A stretch of DNA of 64,000 nucleotides from Thermoflexus hugenholtzii (GTDB lineage: Bacteria > Chloroflexota > Anaerolineae > Thermoflexales > Thermoflexaceae): NCBI RefSeq assembly GCF_018771565.1, contig NZ_CP076326.1, forward strand, positions 2,733,785 through 2,797,784. Reading direction: 5' to 3'. Positions 25,236 to 33,747 of the stretch are shown piece by piece. A program made the translations under genes and the position numbers. Every line of letters starts with the position of its first letter. The first letter of the stretch is position 1. Below the pieces are notes generated by a model. It saw only the letters and a program-made list of their open reading frames with translations, was not told where the DNA came from and searched no databases.

Positions 25236-26298
25236 TGAAATCCTCCACCATCTGCCGGGCGATGTGGTCAGGGAACTGGCGAGGAGGCGATTTCATGAAA
25301 TACGCCGAGGGGCCGATCAGCGCCCCCTTGAGCCCGCGGTCGAGGGCGATCTTGGCGCAGCGCACCGCATCGATCACCACCCCCGCCGAGTTCGGGCTGT
25401 CCCACACCTCCAGCTTCGCCTCGAGGGAAATGGGCGCCCCGCCGAAGGTGGTCCCCTCAATCCGGATGTAGCACCACTTGCGGTCCTGCAGCCAGGGGAC
25501 GTAGTCGCTGGGGCCGATGTGGATGTTCTCCGGCGGGAGCTCGTAGGGGATCAAGCTGGTCACCGCGCTGGTCTTGGAGATCTTCTTGGACTCCAGCCGC
25601 TCCCGCTCCAGCATGTTCAGGAAGTCCGTGTTGCCTCCGAAGTTCAGCTGATAGGTCCGCTCCACCCGCACGCCTCGTTCGATGAAGAGCTGGGTGAGCA
25701 CGCGGTGGAGGATCGTCGCCCCCACCTGGGACTTCACGTCATCGCCGATCACCGGGAGGCCGGCCTCCTCAAACCGTTGCTGCCAGTAGGGCTCCCGGGC
25801 GATGAACACCGGGATCCCGTTCACGAAGGCGCAGCCCGCGTCCAGCACCTGCTCCACATACCATTTGGTGGCCTCCTCGCTGCCCACGGGCAGGAAGTTC
25901 ACCACCACGTCGGTGCCCGTGTCCTTGAGGATCTTGACGATGTTGTCCGTCGGGCCGGGGGCCTTGCGGATGATCCCGGAGAGATAGCGGCCGATCCCAT
26001 CGTGGGTCATGCCCCGATAGACCTTCACCCCCAGCCGGGGCACGTCGGCGAACTTCAGGGTGTTGTTGGGCGGGGTGAAGATGGCCTCCGAAAGATCTTT
26101 CCCCACCTTGTTGACGTCGATGTCGAAGGCCGCCGTGAACTCGATGTCTCCCACATGGTAAGGGCCCAGCCGCACGTGCATCAGGCCGGGGACGAAGGCG
26201 TCGTCGGGGGCGTTCCGGTAATACCACACGCCCTGGACCAGGGCGGAGGCGCAGTTCCCGACGCCGATGATGGCCACGCGCACCTTTCGATCCGCCAC
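25216..26298 (-). CDS. ino1: myo-Inositol-3-phosphate synthase
   Basis: '[23 protein letters not shown]' (Rossmann N-terminus), '[12 protein letters not shown]', 'GIPVFIA' and '[17 protein letters not shown]' are typical of bacterial and archaeal MIPS. Confidence 0.85.
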   Translation of the reverse strand: MADRKVRVAIIGVGNCASALVQGVWYYRNAPDDAFVPGLMHVRLGPYHVGDIEFTAAFDIDVNKVGKDLSEAIFTPPNNTLKFADVPRLGVKVYRGMTHDGIGRYLSGIIRKAPGPTDNIVKILKDTGTDVVVNFLPVGSEEATKWYVEQVLDAGCAFVNGIPVFIAREPYWQQRFEEAGLPVIGDDVKSQVGATILHRVLTQLFIERGVRVERTYQLNFGGNTDFLNMLERERLESKKISKTSAVTSLIPYELPPENIHIGPSDYVPWLQDRKWCYIRIEGTTFGGAPISLEAKLEVWDSPNSAGVVIDAVRCAKIALDRGLKGALIGPSAYFMKSPPRQFPDHIARQMVEDFIAGRGV

Positions 26299-26450
26299 GG
26301 TGGAACCTCCCGCAGGTGAGGATGGCTCATTTGCATTACTTTAGCCGAGCTGTCTCCCCTCGCCAAAAGCAGCGCCCCGACGCGGGCTTGCCCCGGCGGC
26401 GGAGTTCCCCAATGATGAGAAGTCAGAAAGGGGAGGATGGGGGAGGTCCG

Positions 26451-26939
26451 ATGCGGTTGCCTCGCGCATGGTGGGTGGTCGCCAGCGCCGCGGCCAGCGA
26501 CTGGCACTGGCGGGACTTCTTCCGGGATCCGGCCGAAGAAGGGCGCAACTGGGGCGGGCGGGAGTGGATCCGTTCGCCTCTCTCATGGGCCCGCATCCGC
26601 GAGATGCGTCGAGGGGATATCGTGGTGGCGTATCAGGCGGGAGAGGGAGTGATCGGGCTGGCCCGCCTGGCCTCGGACGGCTATCCGGAGGTCCCCGGCG
26701 GGCCTTACGACACCTTCGACCTGGCCCCCGCTCCCGTCCTCTTGCTCCACGAGCCCATTCCCCTCGCCCTGATCCGCCAGCTCCCCGGGGCCCGATCTCA
26801 CTTCGAGTTCCTCCGCCTCCATCACGGCACCGTCTTCCGGATCACACCCGAGGGGCTGGAGGCTCTCCTCCGGCTGATCCGGGCCCTGAACCCCGAGCAG
26901 GCTGCGGATCTGGATGCCTTCCTGCGAGACTATAATTGA
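26451..26939 (+). CDS. EVE / PUA-like domain protein
   Basis: ATG 26451 follows GGGAGG. 'WWVVAS...W...WGGREWIRSPLSWARIREMRRGDIVVAYQAGEGVIGLARLASDGYPE' follows the EVE-domain pattern: W-rich N-terminus, 'm+.GD.v..Y', then 'givGla.v'. Confidence 0.55.
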   Translation: MRLPRAWWVVASAAASDWHWRDFFRDPAEEGRNWGGREWIRSPLSWARIREMRRGDIVVAYQAGEGVIGLARLASDGYPEVPGGPYDTFDLAPAPVLLLHEPIPLALIRQLPGARSHFEFLRLHHGTVFRITPEGLEALLRLIRALNPEQAADLDAFLRDYN

Positions 26940-27060
26940 GGTGCTCCACGGATCATTCGTGTGAGCCTTCGTAAGGAAGGAAGAGCGCAACGGTTCGAAA
27001 GGGGCGTCGGAGAGGGAGGGATGTGCGGCGGCCTCCAGTCCGGGAAGGGGGAGATCTGGC

Positions 27061-28245
27061 ATGCTGGATTGGCGGCAGGTGAGCGTGTATGTGCAGGAGC
27101 TGGCGGATTACGCGGGAGAGCGCCTGCGCGCGCATCCCCCCACCCTGCGCTATGCGCTGAGCCTGCTCCACCGGTTCTCCGAGGATCTGGACCGGTTGGG
27201 GCGGCTGGCCCGGGAGGCCCAGCGATTCGGCTGGCGGGGCGCCTTCCCGGGAGGCGAGCCCCTCGCGGCCCGCTTCCCGCTGCCCCCGGAGCAGCCCCAG
27301 GCCCTGGTGATCGCCGCCGACGGCTCCCAGATTTACCCGGATCGCCACGGGACGGTGCCTTATTTCGTCCTCAACATCGGCCTGATCGAGATGCGCGCCG
27401 GCTCCGGGGCTCCCCCGCAGACCCGGCATCACCTGGTGTTCTGGTATCGGGAGGAGGAGCTCTTCACCGACGACGGGGAGATGCGGGCGCTTAACGACCT
27501 GGAGGCGGAACGGGACATCCAGGAGCTGGAGCAGCTGGCGGCGGCGATGGCCGCCCGGGCGGCGGATCCCTTCGGGCCGCCGGTCGGCCTGGCGGACGGC
27601 CTGTTGCTCCCCTGGGCCCTGGCCCGCGGTGAACCCTTCGCCGGGCTCCCCCCCGAGCGCTATCGGGAGCTCCTCGGCCGGGTCCTCCGCGCCCTGGAGA
27701 CCGCGAAAGGGACGGGCGGCGCCATCGCCGGATATGTGGACCGGCCCACCGGCCATGCGGTGCTGCGGCTGCTGGCCCTGGGTCTCCTGGAGGAGCTCTC
27801 GCGGGAGAAGATCGCCGATTACCCCTTCGGGCAGCTGCGGGATCGCACCCTCTTCGCCGAGCTGTTGGAGCCCGGGGAGCGCTCCGCCCTCTTCGCCCTG
27901 AGCTGGCCCATTAACGAGCGCCTGGGCCAGGAGGGGCACCGCCTGCTCTTCTTCTACGTGAACGTGGGGACGCCCGGTCGGCCCCACTTGGCCCGGGTGG
28001 AGATCCCGGAATGGGTGGCTCAGGATCGGGAGCGGCTGGACCGGTTGCATCGGACGATCTGGGACCAGTGTCGGATCCTGGCGGAGGCGCCCTATCCCTA
28101 TCTGCTGACCCGGGCTCACGAGCTGGCTCGCATCCGCTCGGAGGAGCGGGCGCGCCTGGAGCAGATGATCCAGGAGGCGCTTCTGCGCCGCGGCCTCCGA
28201 CCGATGATCTCCGCAAAAGCCCAGCAGAAAGAATGGCTACGGTGA
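27061..28245 (+). CDS. nurA: NurA-domain 5'-3' nuclease
   Basis: 'ALVIAADGSQIYPDRH' (catalytic Asp motif of NurA), later 'AIAGYVDRPTG', and C-terminal 'PYPYLLTRAHELARI'. It lies beside a HerA-type ATPase. Confidence 0.7.
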   Translation: MLDWRQVSVYVQELADYAGERLRAHPPTLRYALSLLHRFSEDLDRLGRLAREAQRFGWRGAFPGGEPLAARFPLPPEQPQALVIAADGSQIYPDRHGTVPYFVLNIGLIEMRAGSGAPPQTRHHLVFWYREEELFTDDGEMRALNDLEAERDIQELEQLAAAMAARAADPFGPPVGLADGLLLPWALARGEPFAGLPPERYRELLGRVLRALETAKGTGGAIAGYVDRPTGHAVLRLLALGLLEELSREKIADYPFGQLRDRTLFAELLEPGERSALFALSWPINERLGQEGHRLLFFYVNVGTPGRPHLARVEIPEWVAQDRERLDRLHRTIWDQCRILAEAPYPYLLTRAHELARIRSEERARLEQMIQEALLRRGLRPMISAKAQQKEWLR

Positions 28246-28257
28246 GGAGGATCGGAG

Positions 28258-28896
28258 ATGGCCAGCCCGGGAGCGCATCCGAGGAGCTCATCCGGCCCCG
28301 CTTTCATCGGTCGCGTCATCGAGGCCAGCGCCCGGGCCTTCCGCGTCGGCTGCCGGCTGACCGCCGATGACATCCCCGCCTTCGGCTCCTTCGTCCAGAC
28401 CGCCCGGGGGGAGACCACCATCATCGGCGTGATCTACGACCTGGTCCTGCAAGGCGATGAGCTGACCCGCATGGTGGCCCTGCAGGAGATCCCGCCCCAG
28501 GAGATCCAACAGGACATGATCGAAAACCGCAACATCCCGGTCCAGATCGGGGTGCTCATCCTGGGCTATCTGCGGGAGCGAGGGACCGCCTATGGGATCC
28601 CACCCCAGCCTCCCGCCTTGCTGGAGCCGGTTTACGCATGTCTTCCATCCCAGATCCATCGCTTCACCGAGCGGCCGGATTTCCTGCGCACTCTGGTGGA
28701 GGCCCGGGAGGCCTCCGACGACGTGGTGGCGGCGGTGATCCGCACGGCCGCCGAGGCACGTTCCGGGCCCGCCCGGCGGGACTTCGTGATCCAGGCCGGC
28801 CAGGAGCTGGTGCGGTTGCTGGCCGACGAGCCGATCCGTCTGGCCCAGCTCCTGCGCCGCATCCGCGCCGCGGTGGAAATCGGAGCGCCTTCATGA
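28258..28896 (+). CDS. Stand-alone HAS-barrel-like protein of unknown function, between nurA and herA
   Basis: 'FIGRVIEASARAFRVGC...FGSFVQTARGETTIIGVIYDLVL...NIPVQIGVLILGYL' resembles the N-terminal HAS barrel of HerA. A helical tail follows, and there is no P-loop. Confidence 0.45.
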   Translation: MASPGAHPRSSSGPAFIGRVIEASARAFRVGCRLTADDIPAFGSFVQTARGETTIIGVIYDLVLQGDELTRMVALQEIPPQEIQQDMIENRNIPVQIGVLILGYLRERGTAYGIPPQPPALLEPVYACLPSQIHRFTERPDFLRTLVEAREASDDVVAAVIRTAAEARSGPARRDFVIQAGQELVRLLADEPIRLAQLLRRIRAAVEIGAPS

Positions 28897-29059
28897 GCAG
28901 CCCACGAATCATTACGCGGAGCACCCGGACAAGCGCCCACGGTCTTCTCCGCTCCGGGAGGGGTTGACACCTGCGGGCGTCTTCGTCTCTAAAGGGGAGG
29001 ATCTCGGGGCACCCCAGCCGTCGAAGACCGGCTGGGGACCCCGCAAGGAGGATCGGCGT

Positions 29060-30766
29060 ATGGCCTGGCCACGCGAAGGGATGGAGCGTTCCCCGAATCG
29101 GCCCTCCGAGAAGGAGGCGCGCCGGCTGGGACGGGTGATCGGGGGCTCTCTCTCCGAGGGGCTGGTGGTGAAACTCGACCCCCGCATCGCCATCGAAGGG
29201 CTGGCGGTGGGACGCTACGTGGTGATCCACGGATACCGGCGGCGTTTCTTCGGGATGATCACCGACATCCGGCTGGACAGCGCCAACCCGGATCTCGCCC
29301 GCATGCCCCCGGATCCCGATGATCCGCTGATCCGGGATATGGTCTCCGGGATCGGGGTGTTCGGGCAGATCCACGTGCAGCCCATGTTGCTTCTGGAGGA
29401 GGGGGATCCCCTCCCCCGGCCGGTGAAGACCGTCCCCGCTCACTTCGCCCCGGTCTATGAGGCCACCGAGGAGGAGGTGCACGCCATCTTTCGACCCCGT
29501 CGGAAGGAAGGGGAGGACCGCTATTTCGTGATCGGGGAGCCCCTGGACATGCCGGGGGTGCGCATCCCCCTGAACCTGGATCGTCTCGTCGAGCGCTCCA
29601 GCGGCGTCTTCGGGAAGAGCGGCACCGGAAAGACTTTCCTGGCCCGGCTGCTCCTGGCCGGGGTGATCTACCACAACGCCTCGGTGGCCTTGATCTTCGA
29701 TATGCACAACGAATACGGATGGAGCGCGCCGGGGGAGGGCGGGCAGGTGCCGGGCCTGAAGCAACTGCCCGGATGCTTCTCCCGCGTGGTCATCGCCACC
29801 CTCGATGAGGAGTCCTCCCGGCGCCGGAACAGCCGCTACGACCTGGTGATCCGCATCGGCTACGATCAAATCGAGCCGGAGGATGTGGAGCTGTTGCGCG
29901 GCGTCATCGGCCTCTCCGAGGTCCAGATCGGCGCCCTGTATATGCTGCGGCGGCGGCTGGGCCGGGACTGGCTGCGCATCCTCCTGGAGGAAGAAGAGGC
30001 GCCGCCCGTGGAGGACGAGGAGGGAGGCGGAAGCCCTCTGGCCGAGCTGGTGGAGCGGGACCTGATCACCAGCAGCACCCTGGGGGCTCTCCAGCGCAAG
30101 CTGGGCCTCTTCCACCGGTTTCGGTTTCTGATCCCACGGGCTCCGGAGGACGCGGCCCAGGCGGTTCTCTCCCGATTGCTCCAGGGCCAGAGCGTGGTCC
30201 TGGAGTTCGGCCGCTACGGCAACGACATGGCGGCCTACGTGCTGGTGGCCAACTACCTCACCCGCCGCATCCACGCCGAATACGTCCGGCGGAAGGAGAT
30301 GGCCCTGGGCGACCCGGGCCAGGAGCCCCCGCACCTGGTGATCGTCGTCGAAGAGGCCCATAAGTTCCTCCAGCCCGGCATCGCCGAGCACACCGTGTTC
30401 GGGACCATCGCCCGGGAGCTGCGCAAATACAACGTGACGCTGCTGATCGTCGACCAGCGGCCCAGCCAGATCGACGGCGAGGTCCTCTCCCAGATCGGCA
30501 CGCGGGTGCTGTGTCTGCTGGACCACGAGGAGGATGTGCGGGCGGCCCTCTCCGGGATCTCGGGGGCCTCCCGGCTGCGGGAGGTGCTGGCCCGCCTGGA
30601 GACCAAGCAGCAGGCCCTGTTGCTGGGCCACGCCGTGCCGATGCCGGTGGTGGTGCGGACCCGCGACTACGATTCCTCCTTTGTGGAGGATCTGGCGCGG
30701 AGGGAGGGCGACAGGCCGCCGGATGTGGTCGAGAAATACTTCAGGGCGATGCGGGATGAAGATTGA
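29060..30766 (+). CDS. herA: HerA-family hexameric ATPase/helicase (DUF87-type)
   Basis: ATG 29060 follows AAGGAGGA. The HAS barrel reads 'RLGRVIGGSLSEGLVVKLD...VGRYVVIHG'. Walker A is 'GVFGKSGTGKTFLARLLLAGV' and Walker B is 'HLVIVVEEAHKFL'. 'LLIVDQRPSQI' is also present. Confidence 0.85.
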   Translation: MAWPREGMERSPNRPSEKEARRLGRVIGGSLSEGLVVKLDPRIAIEGLAVGRYVVIHGYRRRFFGMITDIRLDSANPDLARMPPDPDDPLIRDMVSGIGVFGQIHVQPMLLLEEGDPLPRPVKTVPAHFAPVYEATEEEVHAIFRPRRKEGEDRYFVIGEPLDMPGVRIPLNLDRLVERSSGVFGKSGTGKTFLARLLLAGVIYHNASVALIFDMHNEYGWSAPGEGGQVPGLKQLPGCFSRVVIATLDEESSRRRNSRYDLVIRIGYDQIEPEDVELLRGVIGLSEVQIGALYMLRRRLGRDWLRILLEEEEAPPVEDEEGGGSPLAELVERDLITSSTLGALQRKLGLFHRFRFLIPRAPEDAAQAVLSRLLQGQSVVLEFGRYGNDMAAYVLVANYLTRRIHAEYVRRKEMALGDPGQEPPHLVIVVEEAHKFLQPGIAEHTVFGTIARELRKYNVTLLIVDQRPSQIDGEVLSQIGTRVLCLLDHEEDVRAALSGISGASRLREVLARLETKQQALLLGHAVPMPVVVRTRDYDSSFVEDLARREGDRPPDVVEKYFRAMRDED

Positions 30767-30859
30767 TCCCGCTGACCGAGACGGAACCCTCACCTTCCAG
30801 GGGACGTCTCTTGGATGCCCGGCATCAGGCGGGTGAATCTTTCCCCTAAGAGGCTTCGA

Positions 30860-31312
30860 ATGAAGATAGGGCAGAGGCGCTGGATGCTGCTCGCAGGGGT
30901 GCTGCTGGGGGTGATGGGCGCGTGCGCGCCGGCCCGCCCAGGGATTTCTCCGCTGGAGGGCTTCTCGCCGCTTCCTGCGCCGGCCGAACCCACGCTCGCT
31001 CCGGGCGCCCCGGGAGGATCCATCGTGGAGCCGCAGCTGGAGGCGCTGGTGGAGCAGGCTCGACAGGATCTGGCGGCTCGCCTGAGCCTGGATCCTGAGG
31101 AAATCCGGGTGATCGAGGCGCGGGCGGTGACCTGGCCCGATAGCAGCCTGGGATGCCCCGAGCCCGGGCGGATGTATCTGCAGGTCCTCACGCCCGGCTA
31201 TCGGATCGTCCTGGAAGCGCAGGGACGGCGATACGCCTATCACGCCGGTCGCGGAGGCTCACCCTTCCTGTGCCCACCCGACCGGGCCCGGGAGCCCCTC
31301 GAGGGCCCATGA
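30860..31312 (+). CDS. Small lipoprotein, unknown function
   Basis: 'MKIGQRRWMLLAGVLLGVMGAC' is a lipobox. The mature part has the conserved-looking segment 'VTWPDSSLGCPEPGRMYLQVLTPGYRI'. Confidence 0.6.
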   Translation: MKIGQRRWMLLAGVLLGVMGACAPARPGISPLEGFSPLPAPAEPTLAPGAPGGSIVEPQLEALVEQARQDLAARLSLDPEEIRVIEARAVTWPDSSLGCPEPGRMYLQVLTPGYRIVLEAQGRRYAYHAGRGGSPFLCPPDRAREPLEGP

Positions 31313-31327
31313 TCCCGATCCGAGGAG

Positions 31328-31361
31328 CGGGCGGACGCTGAAAGGGTCCGCCCGGTTTATT
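31328..31361. terminator. Hairpin between convergent genes (candidate terminator)
   Basis: A 9-bp stem CGGGCGGAC (31328..31336) pairs with GTCCGCCCG (31346..31354). It is followed by GTTTATT on the + strand. Confidence 0.45.
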
Positions 31362-32301
31362 CCTTCACGCCTCCCAGGGTTAGACCGGAGAGCAGCCAGC
31401 GGGAGGAATACAGGAAGAGCAGGGTCACCGGCACGGCCACCAGGATGGAGGCGGCGGCGAACTTCCCCCATAACACCGTGTATTGCTCGGTGAACGTCCA
31501 CAGCCCCAGCGGCCAGGTATACATCTCCCGCTTGTTCAGGATGATGCGGGCGACGATGTATTCGTTCCAGCTGCTCATAAAGTTGAAGAGGAAAGCGATG
31601 GCCAGGGCGGGCGTCGAGAGGGGGCGGATGATATGCCACAGGACTCCCAGGCGGGAGGCGCCGTCGATGAGCGCGGCCTCCTCCAGATCGCGAGGGATGG
31701 TGTCGTAGTAGCCTTTCAGCATCCAGATGCTGAAGGGAACGGCGGTCACCGAATACGCGATCACGATCCCGAGGTAGGAGTTGATCAGGTTGAGGCGGGC
31801 GATCATGATAAAGAGGGGCAGCAAGAGCATCGCCGCCGGGAACATCTGGGTGCTCAGCAGGAAGATCAGCCCGGCATCCCGCCCGGGGAAGCGGAAGCGC
31901 GAGAAGGCATAGGCAGCCGTGGCGGAGAGCAGCAGCCCCACGGTGGCCGTGGTCACCGTGATGAGCAGGCTGTTCCAGATCCAGAGGTAGAACTCCGTCG
32001 GACGCCCCGGACGCCCCACCAGCAGCTCGATGTAGTTGGCCAGGGTGGCGTCCTCCGGGATGATGGCCAGGCTGGTGGTCAGCAGCTTGTTGGCCGGCCG
32101 CAGGGAGATGGTCACCACGCGCAGGACCGGATAGACGGCGATCAGACAGGCCATCCACAGGGCCATGTGGATGAACAGGCGCTTGATCGGGCTATCCCCC
32201 CGGGGGCGCCGGAAGAGGGCCCGCACCCGAAGCCGGGGCCACGCTCGGGCCGGCGCCGCCGCAACTTCAATCGCCGAAAGGGAGAACTCCTCCCGCTTCA
32301 T
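31357..32301 (-). CDS. Carbohydrate ABC transporter permease (MalG-like)
   Basis: EAA loop 'IPRDLEEAALIDGASRLGVLWHIIRPL' with six hydrophobic segments. The start overlaps the upstream stop (ATGA at 32298..32301). Confidence 0.85.
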   Translation of the reverse strand: MKREEFSLSAIEVAAAPARAWPRLRVRALFRRPRGDSPIKRLFIHMALWMACLIAVYPVLRVVTISLRPANKLLTTSLAIIPEDATLANYIELLVGRPGRPTEFYLWIWNSLLITVTTATVGLLLSATAAYAFSRFRFPGRDAGLIFLLSTQMFPAAMLLLPLFIMIARLNLINSYLGIVIAYSVTAVPFSIWMLKGYYDTIPRDLEEAALIDGASRLGVLWHIIRPLSTPALAIAFLFNFMSSWNEYIVARIILNKREMYTWPLGLWTFTEQYTVLWGKFAAASILVAVPVTLLFLYSSRWLLSGLTLGGVKE

Positions 32302-33662
32302 TCGTAAACCCCCCGCAACCCCTTCGTGATCCGCAGGTAGAGGATTGACCAGAGAAGCAGAATGAAGAAGATCACCAGGGCAAAGGCCGCGCTGAACCCG
32401 TAGCGGTAAAACTGGAAGATCGCCTTGTAAAGCGAGGAGACCAGGATGTCCGTCTTCTCCTGCGGCCCTCCCTGGGTCACCAGGAAGATCACCTCGAACC
32501 GGTTGAAGGTCCACACGGTCCCCAGGATGGTCGCCGGCACCAGGACCGGGCGCAGGAGCGGCAAGGTGATGTGGCGGAACTGCTGCCACTTGCTGGCGCC
32601 ATCGATCTCCGCCGCCTCGTAATATTCCTGGGAGATGCTCTGCAAACCGCCCAGGATCACCACCATCATGAAGGGGATCCCCAGCCAGACGTTCGTCATC
32701 ACCACCGAGATGAACGCCCAGGTGGGATCCTGCCGCCACGGGACCGGATGGACGGCCTGGGAGAGCCAGGCGAAGAGGTTATAAATCAGCGGAAGGCTCT
32801 GGGTCTGGGCCGCCAGGTCCGTGAAGAACTGCTGGAGGTTTCGGAGCATGATGTTGAAGAACCCATAGCGGAAATCGAACTCGTTGCGCCAGGCCATGGC
32901 GGTGATGGTCGAAGGGACGGCCCAGGGCAGGATCAGAATGGTCCGATACAGGCCCCGCAGCCGCATGGGGCGGTTCAGCAGGAGGGCCAGGTTCAGACCC
33001 CCGGTGACGTGAAGGGAGACGTTGATCACCGTCCAGAGAACAGTCCGGCCGAATACCTCAAAGAACGTGGCGTCTTTCGCCACCGGGCCGGTGAACACCT
33101 TCATGAAGTTTTCGATGCCGTAGCGCAGCCCGAACTCGGGGTTCTGGGCGGTATACATCGCCATGTTGGAGAAGGCGAGCCGGACCTCATACAGGAAGGG
33201 GATCACGATCAGGAGGCTGATGCCCAGCAGGGCGGGCAGGATCAGCACATAAGCCAGGCCCAGGCGCGAGGGGCGCGGCTCGCCGGTCAGGTAGATCCAC
33301 GCCTCCAGTGCGAGCACCAGGGCCCCGGGGAGGAGGAAGCGCCATGGGTTGGGGACGGCCGCCGCCCAGGCGGCCCAGAGGCGCTCCGGGAGGGTGGTCA
33401 GCGGGGCGAGGCGCAGAGCAGCCACCCAATCGGCAATCAGACCGATCTGCTCCAGGAAGCGAAGGATCACCAGGATCAGCAACCCGGCGAGGCCGATCTG
33501 GACGCTCCGGGCGAACACCGCAGCCGGGAGCGTTCGGGGCCGCCGGAAGAAGAGCAGATAGGCGTATCCTTCCAGAAGCAGAAGGACCAGGGCGATCGCC
33601 AGGATGAACCCCAGGACCTGGCTCAGGGAACGGATCATAATCTGAGGGGTCAGGGCCCCCAT
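32298..33662 (-). CDS. Carbohydrate ABC transporter permease (MalF-like, extended N-terminus)
   Basis: EAA loop 'ISQEYYEAAEIDGASKWQQFRHITLPLLRP'. Extra N-terminal TM helices resemble those of MalF. Confidence 0.85.
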   Translation of the reverse strand: MGALTPQIMIRSLSQVLGFILAIALVLLLLEGYAYLLFFRRPRTLPAAVFARSVQIGLAGLLILVILRFLEQIGLIADWVAALRLAPLTTLPERLWAAWAAAVPNPWRFLLPGALVLALEAWIYLTGEPRPSRLGLAYVLILPALLGISLLIVIPFLYEVRLAFSNMAMYTAQNPEFGLRYGIENFMKVFTGPVAKDATFFEVFGRTVLWTVINVSLHVTGGLNLALLLNRPMRLRGLYRTILILPWAVPSTITAMAWRNEFDFRYGFFNIMLRNLQQFFTDLAAQTQSLPLIYNLFAWLSQAVHPVPWRQDPTWAFISVVMTNVWLGIPFMMVVILGGLQSISQEYYEAAEIDGASKWQQFRHITLPLLRPVLVPATILGTVWTFNRFEVIFLVTQGGPQEKTDILVSSLYKAIFQFYRYGFSAAFALVIFFILLLWSILYLRITKGLRGVYE

Positions 33663-33747
33663 CGCTCCTTCCTCCCACGCCGGATCTGCGTGGCGTCCGG
33701 CGAGAAAAGGGCGGGGGAGCCAGCCGGCCCCCCCGCCCCTGCAGGAT

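Noticed and set aside
28664-31243. 859-aa minus-strand ORF spanning the herA region
   Set aside because: It is antisense to HerA, which has intact Walker motifs, and to the HAS-barrel gene. The sequence is low-complexity (runs of P, G, R, H and Q). It is a high-G+C artefact.
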